This document shows positions 37,269 through 49,389 of a DNA stretch of 64,000 nt, in pieces; position 1 is the first letter of the stretch; each line of letters opens with the position of its first letter. The stretch spans positions 14,381,379 to 14,445,378 of the forward strand of contig CAJINV010000001.1 in the NCBI GenBank assembly GCA_905178155.1, written 5' to 3'. Made by a program: the position numbers and the translations under genes. Below the pieces are notes generated by a model. That model had not been told where the DNA came from, made no database searches, and saw nothing but the letters and a program-made list of their open reading frames with translations. This DNA comes from Amoebophrya sp. A120. Its lineage: Eukaryota > Protista > Dinoflagellata.

Positions 37269-38438
37269 TCACGCGTACAGAATCTGGCCATGAAACAAGT
37301 CAAAAAACGATCTTGCTTTCGCAGGCCCCCAGTTTGGAATCCGTTCGAGCTTGTCGCGCGACTCGATTGCCAGTACTGCTGCGAGCGATCCAAAATGGTC
37401 CAGCAGCAGTTCTGCGTCCATCCGCGTCAGGTCGCGACACAAGGCCAACAGATCAAGTGCGGTTTCGCGACAGTAGAATGCTTCATCAGCATCGTCAGCG
37501 GCCTCCCGTTGCTGCTCCTCGTAATGTACCGCTTTGGAGGAGGCTATTGGTTCGTCCTGCAATTTTGCTGCGGTGACATCAACGCCGCACTGATGCGTAA
37601 CTACGGTGCCGTCGTTCTGAGGAATTGTCTTTGTGTTTGGTTCGCCTGCTGCAGAAAAACCACCAGCAGAGCCAGTTGCTGTATTTGCCACTACTGGTGT
37701 GCTGGAAGCTTGTGCCTGCTGATTCGCCCCCTTCATCAAATTCGTACTTTCAGTCGCCACATGCCCGGCTATTATTTTCTTTCCCGCTACAACACCTCCT
37801 CCGGTAGTAAACGATGCAGATTTGTACCCTCGCAGAAAGGCTTTTGGCTTCCGGTGCACAAACGCCAGATCTTCAATCGCCAAGGCTGCTTCGGATGGAT
37901 TCCTTACGCAGTACAAGTTGCTGGGTGAAAAGATCACGTCCATCGTGAAGTCCTGCAAAACTTGCTCTAGAGCCTTTCCGACACAAACGGGGTCGTCAAA
38001 AAGCAAAAGCACAACAAGCTTCTTGACTTGATGCGCAGCTGTCGAGGCCGACGCTCCTGTGGTGGTGCTGACACTACTAGACACTTGCACTGTTCCTGCG
38101 GAGGTATAATTTGCAGTGGTAGAAGTTCCGCCAACCATCAATCCGCCAAGTCGCTCCAGTTTTTTTCGCATTCCGTGCAATTCCGTGCGCAGTGTTTTCA
38201 GTGACAATAACCAGACACCTACATCATTGCCGCCAAGCCGGAAGTCGAGCCCCTGCAGCGAAGCGACATAGTTGAGAGTGACACCGCGAATCGCGTTCGT
38301 TACCGGATGCTTTTTCAACGAGTTTGCGACCAACATTGTTGGGCGTGAAGGTGCCGAAGAAGCCGAAGATGCCAGAGACTGGTGTTGGGTGACCCCTGGG
38401 GCGAGCCCAGCTGGAGCTGATGTGCCTTTTCCGTTCAT
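37269..38438 (-). CDS. ERCC1: ERCC1/Rad10-like DNA excision repair protein
   Basis: Central domain (KKHPVTNAIRGV, DFRLG, WLLSLK, VVLLLFDD, SEAALAIE) plus C-terminal HhH2 (LTRMDAELLLDHFGSL..IPNWGPAKARSFFDLFH). Confidence 0.8.
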   Translation of the reverse strand: MNGKGTSAPAGLAPGVTQHQSLASSASSAPSRPTMLVANSLKKHPVTNAIRGVTLNYVASLQGLDFRLGGNDVGVWLLSLKTLRTELHGMRKKLERLGGLMVGGTSTTANYTSAGTVQVSSSVSTTTGASASTAAHQVKKLVVLLLFDDPVCVGKALEQVLQDFTMDVIFSPSNLYCVRNPSEAALAIEDLAFVHRKPKAFLRGYKSASFTTGGGVVAGKKIIAGHVATESTNLMKGANQQAQASSTPVVANTATGSAGGFSAAGEPNTKTIPQNDGTVVTHQCGVDVTAAKLQDEPIASSKAVHYEEQQREAADDADEAFYCRETALDLLALCRDLTRMDAELLLDHFGSLAAVLAIESRDKLERIPNWGPAKARSFFDLFHGQILYA

Positions 38439-39056
38439 GTTGTTTCTGTATTGATGCAGAAGTCCTCGAGGAACTACAACAAGAACTCTATTACTAGCAA
38501 ATGCAACAAATGATCTTGAAATTGAATCAGGTACAGGTTCAGGTTCTCAAGTACGGGTACCAGAAAATAACGAAAGCACCTACTAGTACTACTCTACTTA
38601 CATACTTACAAGCAGAACCACTACATGAAGATCACCACGAGAAGAATATGCACCAGGACCTTTCGAAATTTCACAGGGAAGTGATCATCGGCGCATCGCT
38701 GATGGTGATCATATCGTTGGTAATCGATTGCTTTCGCCCTACTTGGATCAATCCTTCAAGGTCAACTGCGCAGATGAAGAAGCGAGTCCACGGCATCGAT
38801 TGGCGAGCAAGCCACAACTCGTTCCGGCTTCGCACAAGAGCAAATGTCCTCTTGCTTCATTTTACGTGGTGGATAGATACCTATATCTTGCAATTTTACA
38901 GGATCGACGGAACATATGGTCCGGGCAGCGTCTTCGTCTGTGATGTAATCGACGATGTTTGTGCTTGTCCAGTGTCGGCGACATATCGACGTCGTAATAG
39001 TGTCGTCAAGTACAGCACGCAGATTTATTTCCTCGTCATGAATCAAATGCTACACT

Positions 39057-42000
39057 TTAGGTGTGATGGACATTCTTGTAATTTTTCTGGACAATGAGTG
39101 AGAGTTGAAAGTGGGCGCTCAACTTTGGCACGATGTTCCCGTCAAGAATGTCGCTTCGGAGTGCCGCTGCTTCTGACATGATGTTGTTCCGGGTCGTCTG
39201 TTTCTGATTTCTTGTTCGCAGCCTATTTTCATCGTCGGCGACATTTGCAACATCCGAACAAGCTCCATCGGAAGATCTAGTTGTAGACGCTTGCTCCGCA
39301 ACAACGAGCGGCTCTGCCACAAAGGTCTTGACGAGTAGGGCGTCGTCGCTGTTCTTGGTACTATCTTCATCTCCTGTACTTGTTGCAAAAAGATCCATGA
39401 GTTTGAACTCCAAGCGGCCGACTACAAGGTCATTTTCGCCGAGGAGCTCGACGACCGCGGTGGCCTTCTTGGGGTCGCCATGGACCAAAAACGTGAAGCA
39501 CTCGTTGATGACAGCATCCCCGATAATAGCGGCGGTTTTTTTCGCGTCTTTGCTTGTTGTTCCCTGCGTCCGTTTGCGAGCAAATCCCTGGTCGTGGTGA
39601 TCCAGCAAGAGTTGGCGGCCGTAAACTCGCACTACGTCTTCGTCGACGTTGCACGCATCGGCAACCATCGCCACATCTAAGGGCTTTCGATTTACTGCCA
39701 TTTTCGAATCATGCAGCTCTTTTTTCATCTTCTCCTGCCTTCTCCTATCACTGATCTGCCCTCGCGCTCCACCAGCAGCGCTGATCTTTTCCGCGCAATG
39801 ATAGAGCAGCGCGATCTTTTGCTTCAGTCGGGTTTCCCGTTGCAAAAGCTTCTCCGTGTCCTCTTTTGGCGCGTCGTGGGTCAAGGTCGCGTTCAAAAAA
39901 TCGTTGTCCAGCAACGGCGACCGCATCGAAATGCAGCTCGTGATGTACTGCTTCGGACCGTGAAGACGTTCTCGTTCCTTACGAATCGCAGCACCTTTCT
40001 TGTCAAGTATATTACCCCCGGCTATTTCATTCGCGAAGGCACCAAACCTCGATGTGCCATCTCGCAAGCTCACGCGAGCACTGCCACTGCAGCGCGATAG
40101 TTCGCAGAGGGACTTTACTGCGCCGATCGACACTCGGAGCACGGCGGTGATCTCTGGTTGCGAAGATAGGAGGCCATCAAGCCCTTGATCCTCGTCCCGT
40201 CCTTTGGCGTCATCTACCCGTAGACGCGGGGACTTGACGCGCTCCTCGAGAAGGACATCTTCTTCGGGACGATTGCCAAACTCCAGAACCTCGCCATCTA
40301 AAAGAATCGTTGGTCGCGAGAGATGAATATCATCTTCATTTGAGTTGTTGCCGGACAGGTTTTCGTGATGCAGCTGCTTTTGCGGTTTATCGCTTCGGAG
40401 AAAGGTGGGTTCTGAAAAAGACGGCGGAACGCTGCTACACAGCGGCTCAAAAGTAACACGAACATGCACTCGAGAGTCGTGCAGCGTTGGGATCTTGTTC
40501 ACCGGATCACGGCGGCAACGCAGCGCGTTCAAGAAACCGTCCACGACGTCGCCAATGTCGAAGAGGGACAGGTAAATGAGCGCTCCAGCGAACCCGAGCA
40601 CGACCGTTGTCCAAGGGTAGCCACTGCCTACCAAAGCAACCAACGCCGCAAGCGCCGCGTAGACTAGTAAGCGCGCACCTCTGGAGACCCGGCGACGCAA
40701 GCGCGATATGAAGTAGCGGAACGAAGAACTACGATGGGACAGTGTGTAGTTGCCTTCGCCGCGCCGTGCCGCACGATTCCTGTGTGGGCTTGTTTTCCCG
40801 GCTGCACGACCACCAGCGTGGTCATCCCTGTCTTTGTTCATCAAAGAGAGCATCTTTTCGCCGACGAAGTCGATTTCCGGCACTTCGTTGCCCTTCTCGT
40901 CTTGGCACACGGTGGTGAGGGGCAGCTCGCAGGTGGCCGAGCAGGCTTGGTTGTTCTGGCCGTCCGCGAAAGAGGACCACGAGTTACTGCTTTTCTTCCT
41001 CTTCCACGATTCGTTCTGCATCACCTGCTCGTCCGCAATCGTCGTGTTGGCTTGCTGCTGTTGCAGCACCTGCGTGAGTCGCTGCGTATCGGAAAACGCC
41101 AACGAAGTGGTCGCGACCGGCATCAGTCGCTGCCATTCTGCCGACTTTTTTGGCAGAGCGAAGGTCTGCTGTTTCACCGCTCTGTCGGACGCCAGCCCTG
41201 TGGGACCAGTCCCGGAAAAAAAGAACATTTCCAACACAAATCCGAGAAACGTCGACAGTAACCTCATCACCGCCTGGCGGTATTCTTTGAGCAGCTGCGC
41301 GAGGCCAATGGAGGAGTAGCTCGAGGTCGGGCCAAAGAGAAACCGCGTCACCACAAGCCGTTCCTCCTCGAGACGAAATTCGGAGTCGAGGGACGGGGTC
41401 TCAGACGGCAACTCAGATACTGACGGCGCGCATTCTTCTTCATGATTCGCGGTGCTGCTGAGAACAAGTGGCTTCGCATCTTTGACACCAATTGATGTCG
41501 ACGTCGTCTCAGGGTAGATTAGGGAAGCAGACAGTTCGTACTCCTCGTCCAAAGATTCCAAATAACCCTGGGAAAAATCATCGACATCCTGTGCCTTTTT
41601 CCAGAAGTACTGGTGGCTAGCGGCATTTGCTGCGGCTGACGTGAACATGCGGGCGGGGCCGGGCTGCGGTCGGTGCGCGTGCACTGCCAGGACACTCTGC
41701 GTTTCGTCAGCGAAGTATCCAGGAAAAAACACCCATCCACATCCAATTTGTCATGCTAAACATACATAAAGTCCTGCGTTTGTCATGCAAAAAATGGATG
41801 TGGAGGGGTTTTTTCCTGTGGATACGAAGTGCGTGTCTCGCACCAGCCCGGGGTAGCCACGGTTTCGAAGCCACTGGTCCAGGAGCAGCTTCGAAAACTC
41901 GAAAGGGTTGCGCGTTTTCGCGGCTTCGAGAATACGCGAGAGATCAGTGTCCTGCTGACCCGCCTTGTTGTTTTTTTCCCGTCCCATTTTTGACATGATT

Positions 42001-45000
42001 TCCTGCTCTATCTTGTCTCGTTCCCGCTTCCGCTCCTCCGCCTCCGTTTTTTTTACGAGGTGAAGCAATTCCACAAGACTAATCGCACGCTCTGCGATTT
42101 TGTCGTCGCCCGAAAACATATCGTCATCGAAAATCTGCAAACTCAGAGTCTGGATGGAAGAATCCTCCACAAGGAAGACAAACTCGTCACCGTCTGTACG
42201 GGCATTGCTCGTCGTCCTAGTCCACAGTGGCCTTTCATTCTCGCCGTTAATTGTCGCGGTGCGGTAGACTTTGCTACCGACACACACTTGGACATACGGA
42301 TCGGAAGTGCGTCGGCCGCTCCAGAGCGACCACGGAAAGTTCCAGTCATCGCCCCGCAGGTTCTCAGCGGAGAGCACTTGAACTCGCAGAATTCCCTCCG
42401 GCATGGGCGCCAATAGGTCCGGCAGCTTCAGGCCTTTATCCGCCGCCCTCTGTGTTGCCGTCATCATGGGTGATGCCTCTAGTTCCACCAATGGCGAAAG
42501 ACCATTGTGGTCCACCACAAGTTTCTTGGAGTTTGTGAACGCGGGGGGCGCAATGGTATCGGTGCTGAGTGCCCGTTCCAACTGACTTCGAGGAGACAAG
42601 GTTGATGTAGTGGCAGTTTGAGTTTCGACGTTCTTAATGCCATGTTGGGCATTGCCGGCATCGTGGCCTGCTCCTGAACAAGCATCATTGCCAACATCAC
42701 CGCTAGCAGCACTAGAAGGCGCCATGGATACATCTACCAGCGGAACCGCCAGCCGCTTGGGCAAGACGCACAACTGCCCCAGTGCGTCGGTGATACTGGA
42801 CTCCACGATCGGGTACAGGTTGACCTGGTGCAGAATGTCGAGCCCCCCGGCAAAGCGAAAGTCGCAGGCCGGCGGATTGACGAAATAGGCGGACAGGCCC
42901 TGAATAAACGGCGGCTCGTCAATCAGGTCGTTCAGTGCGAGCACAAACAACCCCCTCACGCGCAAGTTCTCCACGCCGACGTGGATACTACCTATCGTCA
43001 GCCCGATCTTCGAGCCCTCCGAGAAATCGCCGTCCAGGTCGAGAAACAGGTCAAAGTGTCGCCGCTCCTTCTTGTGCTTCAGCTGCCCTCCATACGCAGC
43101 GCCGATAGTAGTTTCTTCTACCCGGCTGCGACCATACAACTTCCTTAATTTGGGCGGATTCTGGCCCAAATCGCACACCAAGTTGAGCGTGACGCTGTTG
43201 CGAACGGCAGTGGGGAGTTTCGCGCGGATTTGGGGCAGCACCTGCGACTGGATCACGTCCTCGATAACCGTTTGGACGACGGACCAAAGGTTCTTCAGCA
43301 ACGTGTTCAGCCAGTGCGTTCCGAACGGCGTCGGGGAGGGGAGGCCGTCGAGCACCGTATGCGCAGCCGGTCCTGACTGCGGAGCGACAAGACAAATCTG
43401 GTCTACCGCGTAATCGATCACATACGGCCACAGTGTGCCAATCAAAACCGCCAGGAAATCATGTTGGTGCCCCGGATCACGACCAGAATCCGTCCCTTTC
43501 TTATGCGCGTTAGCTTTCTGCTCGGTCGCTGGAGTATTCGTGTCGACAACTCGTGCTCTGGAAGTCTCAGCTTCGTTTTTTCGGCCACCTGGTGGAAAAG
43601 CCTTTACTTCGACCGCATCACTGCGCTGATGATTGCTCTTCGCCGGGGATTGCTCTGGGTCAGGTTCTGTTCCTTGAGTAGGTTTCGTTTGCCAATGCTC
43701 CATGAAAAACTCTTGTGTAGGAGACTTTCGAACCATAAACGGCCCCTTTCGTCGAGTCTGTACCTCTTGGTGGACTACTTCTCCCTCGAAGTCCGTGTCG
43801 CTTGAAGGAGGCTGCGGCTGCTCGCCACGTAGAAATGCCCGCTGCTGCTCTCTTTGCATCCTACCGCCCACTCCTAGTTCTTTCTCAATGTCAATATACA
43901 CGTCCTCCACCTTTTCCTCCTCAAACAGTACGAGTTCGAGACTTCCGTGGAGTTCTTGGCGCGGCGCTACCTCCTGCTTGATGACCTGCACGTTGGAGCG
44001 CTCACGCAGCAGGCGGCTCAAGGGGTATTGGAATGTGCCGATCCATTCGTCAGGCTCCTGGGGGTCGTCCCCATGATCCAGGTCCACCCCAAAAACGTCG
44101 ATCACCAAGGTTTCCAATCTCGGGTCCTGGAGCACAATACAGAACACCTCGTCGATTTGTGCGAGGCCGAAGGCCCGCTGATCCACCAAATCCAGGTCCA
44201 CGCCGAGGATTTCGCAAATAAAAACCGTCGGTATGCCGCGGTCCTTCATCATCTGAATGTCGTGCATAGTCTCGGCCAGAATGGCCGGGTCCAGGATAGG
44301 GGGCAGCACGCGGTGCACCGACGTATCGTACTGGTTTGACGCTGCCGTGGTAGCGCCCGCTCGCGTTGATGCCGACTTGTTTAACGTGGCTTTTTCTCTT
44401 GGTGATGCTGGTGCTTCTTGCAGTTGTTTTCTTTCATTTTTACAACGGAGGTTATTTTTTTGCTCCTTTCGGACCGTTTTGATTTGCAGCCGGACGCCGG
44501 AGAAGTCATACACATTCTGGATTCGGTCAAGCCCAACTCGGAGAAGAAAGCGATCTTCAGCAGGTGCGGGAAACGCCGTGGGAAACTGACGCATCATGAA
44601 GCTGCCCTCACGTTCGATGCTCGCACGATCCACCGACTGCCACTCGCAGCGCAGCAAAATACGGGCAGACTCCCGAAACACGAGCTCGTCACCGTGCTTC
44701 GTCTGGTCGACGGTAAGAAGACTGTACCACTGTTGACTCACGTACCGCCGGACACGAAGAGTGTCAGTTTCTTGTCGTATTTTCCTATGATTTTTCTTGA
44801 AGCTGTGCGTGGCACCTTCTAGGTCGTCCCGATAGCAGTTCTGCACAAGATCCATCACCTGCAGACTGGTCTTCGCGATCTGGTCGTCGCCCGAGAAAAC
44901 GTCCTCGTCCCAGACGGAGATCTCGCACGTTTGTCTTTCGGGACTGTCGATGAGAAACGAGAACCCCTCCACCTGTGTGACATCCGCCATTGGGTGCAGC

Positions 45001-46838
45001 CGGTGCGCGCGCTCCATCGACTCCACTTGTTGCATTTTTGACGACGGCTCTGTGCTGCCAGTGCCAACACTTCCACTTGTCGTGTGTGTAGATGAGGGAG
45101 CGCTGAGAACCGCATTCACGACGTTAGAAGCAGAAGCGTCCTTCTTGTTACTGGGAGGCCCAGATGAAGAAGCTCCTTTGGCGCCGGGCTTCTTCTTTTT
45201 ATTGTCTACTGTGCCATTGGTGTTGCCCTGCTTCGCTTTCGTCGTTTTCGGCATCCAGCTTGGGTTGCAGTTCCTCGGGATCGTCGGCGTGCAGTAGTTT
45301 TGCGACCCAATTGCCACACGCACGTAGGGGTCACTGGTCTTCACGCCCGTGAACAGGGTACAAATGCCCCAGTCGTCTCCCCGCAAGTTGTGCGCTTCCA
45401 ACACACGTATCGTCAACTGGCCCTTCGGCATCGGATAAATGACCTCCGCATGGTCGCGACAGGGAATCTTGCGGAAAAACGAAGATGTTGCAGTAGATTT
45501 GCCGGATTTCTCCCTTAGACCTGCACCCGCGCGGGCTCTTGCATGTGACGTACTACTCGTGGACTGATCTTCATCGTGGTCGCCAATTTTGAGTTCCCGC
45601 AATAGATCGCCGATGTTGTCTGTTCCGTCGGCGTTCTTGTTAGCGTCCTCCGCCACAGCCACTGGATCCGACGTTGTACTGTCCAAAATGTAGGTGAGCC
45701 GCTTCGGCAGCACACAGGCTTTCCCGATGGCGCTCTGGATAGCGTCTACGATGGTCGGTTTCAGGGACTGGATACCGGGGGCGAGCTTCGCGACTCCGCC
45801 AAAATCCAAATCAAATTCGATCTTTGGCGGGTTCGTGAAGTACGCCGAGAGGCCTGCGCAAAACAAGGGCGCGCGCTCAGATGAGATGTCGTTCAGAGTG
45901 AGGAAAAGCTTCCCGTGAAAAAAGAAGTTCCGGACAAGGCACTTTGCAGGTCCGACGACTATGTGAAGCAGGTCGATCATTTCATCCTCTAGTACTGATG
46001 ATGTTGCTTCTAATTCATCTGCAAGCGGCTTGATGTTCGCTGGTTGTTTTCTTTGTTGCGCGCATTTCGAAGGTCCTGTCCAGCAACTTTCGGGTCCAAC
46101 AACATCATCACCTTTCTCGCCGCGGCCTTTTGCGCCGTGGTCCACAGGAAGTTGTAATCCGCTTGCCGGCGCGTCCAGCTCGCTCGTGACGGATCTCCGG
46201 CAGCGCTGGTCGAGACTGAGGTCGAGGCAAATGTCTAGATCTTTTCTACCGGTTTCCGGGTCCGTGCGCAGGGGCAGCGTCGTAATACTGCGGACACTGA
46301 AGGGGCGGTCCCCCAAGTTTGCGTTGATGGCCACCTTCCAGTTGCCGATTGCGGAAGGAAGAGTCTTCTCGATTTCGGGGGTTATCTGCTTTTCGATCAC
46401 ATCCTGCAGAGTGCTTTCTATCATGGGCCAAATGTGCGCAAACACACTGTTTGCCCAATGCGTTAGGTCGGCGTGGTCCTCCTGGTCCTGAGCTGATGGT
46501 GCAGTAGAGAGGTTGGAGGCGCCAGCGCCAGTGCCGTCTTCTTGCCGCGCTGGATGTCCTCTCCTTTTCTCTTGCTGTTGAAAGGGCATGGGCAACGTGC
46601 GGAAAGTTTCTTCTACCAGACGTTTCACGACCAAACTTTCGACGGAGTGGCTCACTTGGCGGCCAGCATATCGCATGATTAAGGGCCACAAATCCCGAAG
46701 CACGTGCCGTAACCATTCCTGCGAGGCGGCGTCGTCAACTTCTGCTGACTGGTCGCCCCGCTTTGGGAGCCCTACGGTGTGCTGCAACATATTCGTCGTC
46801 CTCCCTTCCGCGTGAGTACCGGTCAGAAAAAACGCCAT
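39057..46838 (-). CDS. ~2550-aa extended-synaptotagmin-like protein with two SMP-C2-C2 modules
   Basis: SMP motifs (HWANSVFAHIWP..NLGDRP; HWLNTLLKNLW..DLGQNPP), C2 motifs (GQLTIRVLEAHNL..SDPYVRV; GILRVQVLSAENL..SDPYVQV, IFDDDMFSGDD); ORFs 41751-46838 and 39057-41732 fuse after removing E9 (114 nt). Confidence 0.85.
41716..41824. mobile_element. TIR introner E9 (109 bp, TSD CGAAG), family B-like
   Basis: cgaag|tatccaggaaaaaac...gttttttcctgtggata|cgaag; carries an in-frame stop at 41751-41753; removal gives THF|ADETQ. Confidence 0.9.
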
Positions 46839-47711
46839 GAAGCGAGAGCGAGAGCGACCCCGAACCCAGAAATGGGTTCGCGAACAAAAATAATCAAAAT
46901 TTTATGGCTTACTTGATAATCTATTCTAGAGTCTAAATGTAAAGTCGAACAGCGAAAATAAAACAGAAAATCGAAAAGGAACAAAAGGATAGATGAGTTA
47001 AAGAGGTGCTTCAAATCGTACACTTAGTGGCGTAGTTTTGGCTTCAAGAAGAGTAGCACCTGCTAGTCGTAGCACAACAAAGGAGTTTTTGCAATTAGTG
47101 CCATCTGCATGTTCATCGTAGTTGTATCACCATGTCCATGGCGTCAAATCCACTAGGTTTGTAGTTCTTATTTCGTTTTTGTATATTTTTTTTCGGCCAG
47201 CACAAATTCCAGGTTTATTATCATTTTGCTTCCGAAATAAAGGGCGAGAATCTATTTCCAGTCCGAGTTGTTCCCTTTCGCGTTCGTATTGTTGTTGTTC
47301 TCTTACATCAATAAGTAGTGTGATGAAGATCTCGTAGTTCTTATGCAAGTAGGAGAGAGATCCTTGTGCAGGAGCAGGTGCTCGTGCTTCCACTCCTTAG
47401 CCGACAACAAACAGAGACTCTAGATCCCAGATCTGGCATGCGACCGAGGCGGAGCAGATGTAGAAGCCGAGATGAGGAAACCAGATGCACCATCAAACCG
47501 AAAGCTCTCTCATACTAGCTCTGGTGGAAAGCACCACAACCGACCAAGATGATGATGATCTTTTTCAACTTTATTGATAGCCGCGAGGATCCGTCTCAAT
47601 GTTGCTCTTTCTTAATGTTCTAGTGTCGCATCAACATGATTATGATCGTGTGGCAGCGGCGCGTCTTCCGATGTATTCCATGCACTGTCACTGTGCAATG
47701 CAGCCGCGGTT

Positions 47712-49099
47712 TATCCATAGTAAATTTCCCGTACACGTACAAAAGCCGCTTTTTTCTGCACCTAAAAATTAACGAAAAAAAAATGCATTTCAAAAAATTC
47801 AAAACCATTAATAATGATATGCGTGCAACAGTATGCAGCTAGAGCTGCGATATGAGTATAGGTTTCGAAAGCAAGAGCCTAAAGCTGCGGCGACTCCGCG
47901 CCGCTTTGCTCGCTTTCCTGGGCGGGGACCTGGCGAAGGAATCATACAGAGGAGGATACAGCGACGAGCTTGTCCGGTCAATAGATGAATGCGAGCGGGG
48001 CCTGTTTGAATCGGAGCAAATCAAGCGGGCGGCCGGATTTGATTCGACCTTGGACGCTCTGAGAGCGAGCACTATACTACTTTGCAAACTTTCCCCGCCT
48101 AGTTTCATCCTGTTACGCTAATAATTTTTGCCCTTTTGTAGCTTTCACGCACAGACGCAAATTCCAACCCGAGCAGGTCAGCTCGACATTTCGCGCGACG
48201 AGATCTCCGCCTCGGCGGCTGTCGCCAGCTCGAAGAAAATTTATATTCTGCTCGCGCAAAAATGGTCTCGAGGGTTGACACAAAAATAAATCCAGCCTTG
48301 ATTTTACGTTTTCAACCCAACAAAATTGCATCAGTTTTTCGTGTACAGTAGATTTAATCCCCACGGTATGGTGAAACGAGGCATGCTCCTGTACATGATT
48401 TTTCATTTAGAAATAGCTGTACAGGAGCATGCTTCCATTCACCATACCATGCGGATTAAATCTACTGTACACAAAATAGAGCGGCGACTTTGGGTTAGTT
48501 GAAAACTGAGCGAGAGGGTTGACGGAAAAGGTCGTCAACCCTCGCCGACCAACCCTCTCCGACCAACCCTGCGAGACAGCCGTCAGCCTCAGCATCCGTT
48601 TGCCGTCACAACATCACAGGTCCATCCCTCTCGTCGCACGTGGCGACCAGGTGGCACGGGGACATGGAAACAGCAACCTGGACGAAGACGAGTGGCCCAA
48701 TGGCAGTGACGGTTTTGAAACGGCTACGGAACCGCCCGAACGAAAGGCAGCAGACGGCTCTGAAGTCGGAGACTCCGGCGGATCGGGTGGATTTGGACGA
48801 TTTGCGGGCAAACCCCGTGCCTTTCGAGGACGTGGCCAGTGAGCCCGGAAGTGCTCCTGATGGTGTTCGACGCGTGGATCTCGCGCGGAACCTGGCAGAG
48901 ACTCTAGCCAGTTAAGAGAGCTACACCCACGCAGCACCATAGCAAAAACCTCTATTCTATCGCAGCTCTAGCTGCATACTGTTGCATGCATATCATCATT
49001 AATGGTTTTGAATTTTTTGCAATGCGTTTTTTTTTTCGTTAATTTTTAGGGGTAGAAAAAAGCGGCTTTTGTACGTGTACGGGAAATTTACTATGGATA
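47712..49099. mobile_element. TIR element E10 (1388 bp, ~155-bp TIRs, TSD CGGTT), intergenic or UTR
   Basis: cggtt|tatccatagtaaatttcccgtacacgtacaaaagccgc...gcggcttttgtacgtgtacgggaaatttactatggata|cggtt; internal hairpin 48341-48472. Confidence 0.92.
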
Positions 49100-49389
49100 C
49101 GGTTGCCACCGAATTTTCGCCCGTTCAAAACTTTCAGTGCATTTGCACTACCGACCCAAAGACCATGCAAAAAATGGAAAACACGAGAGGAACAGGGACA
49201 GCAGCAACAAGCATTTTTTCATCTCCTCCTCAGCGATGAAGAAGATTCAAACTTTACTCGTCATGTCGAAGAAGACCAATTTCGGATCACTTACAACGTA
49301 TTTGCATATTTAGGCAACATCAGTGGCAGTTCTGTACTCTTAAAAGGCATCTGAACTACCCAAGCGGTCGCGCACTAGCAGCTGCTGTA

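Noticed and set aside
47030-47048. Resemblance of gcgtagttttggcttcaag to the dinoflagellate spliced leader
   Set aside because: Several mismatches/indels, and it is on the strand opposite to the neighbouring genes
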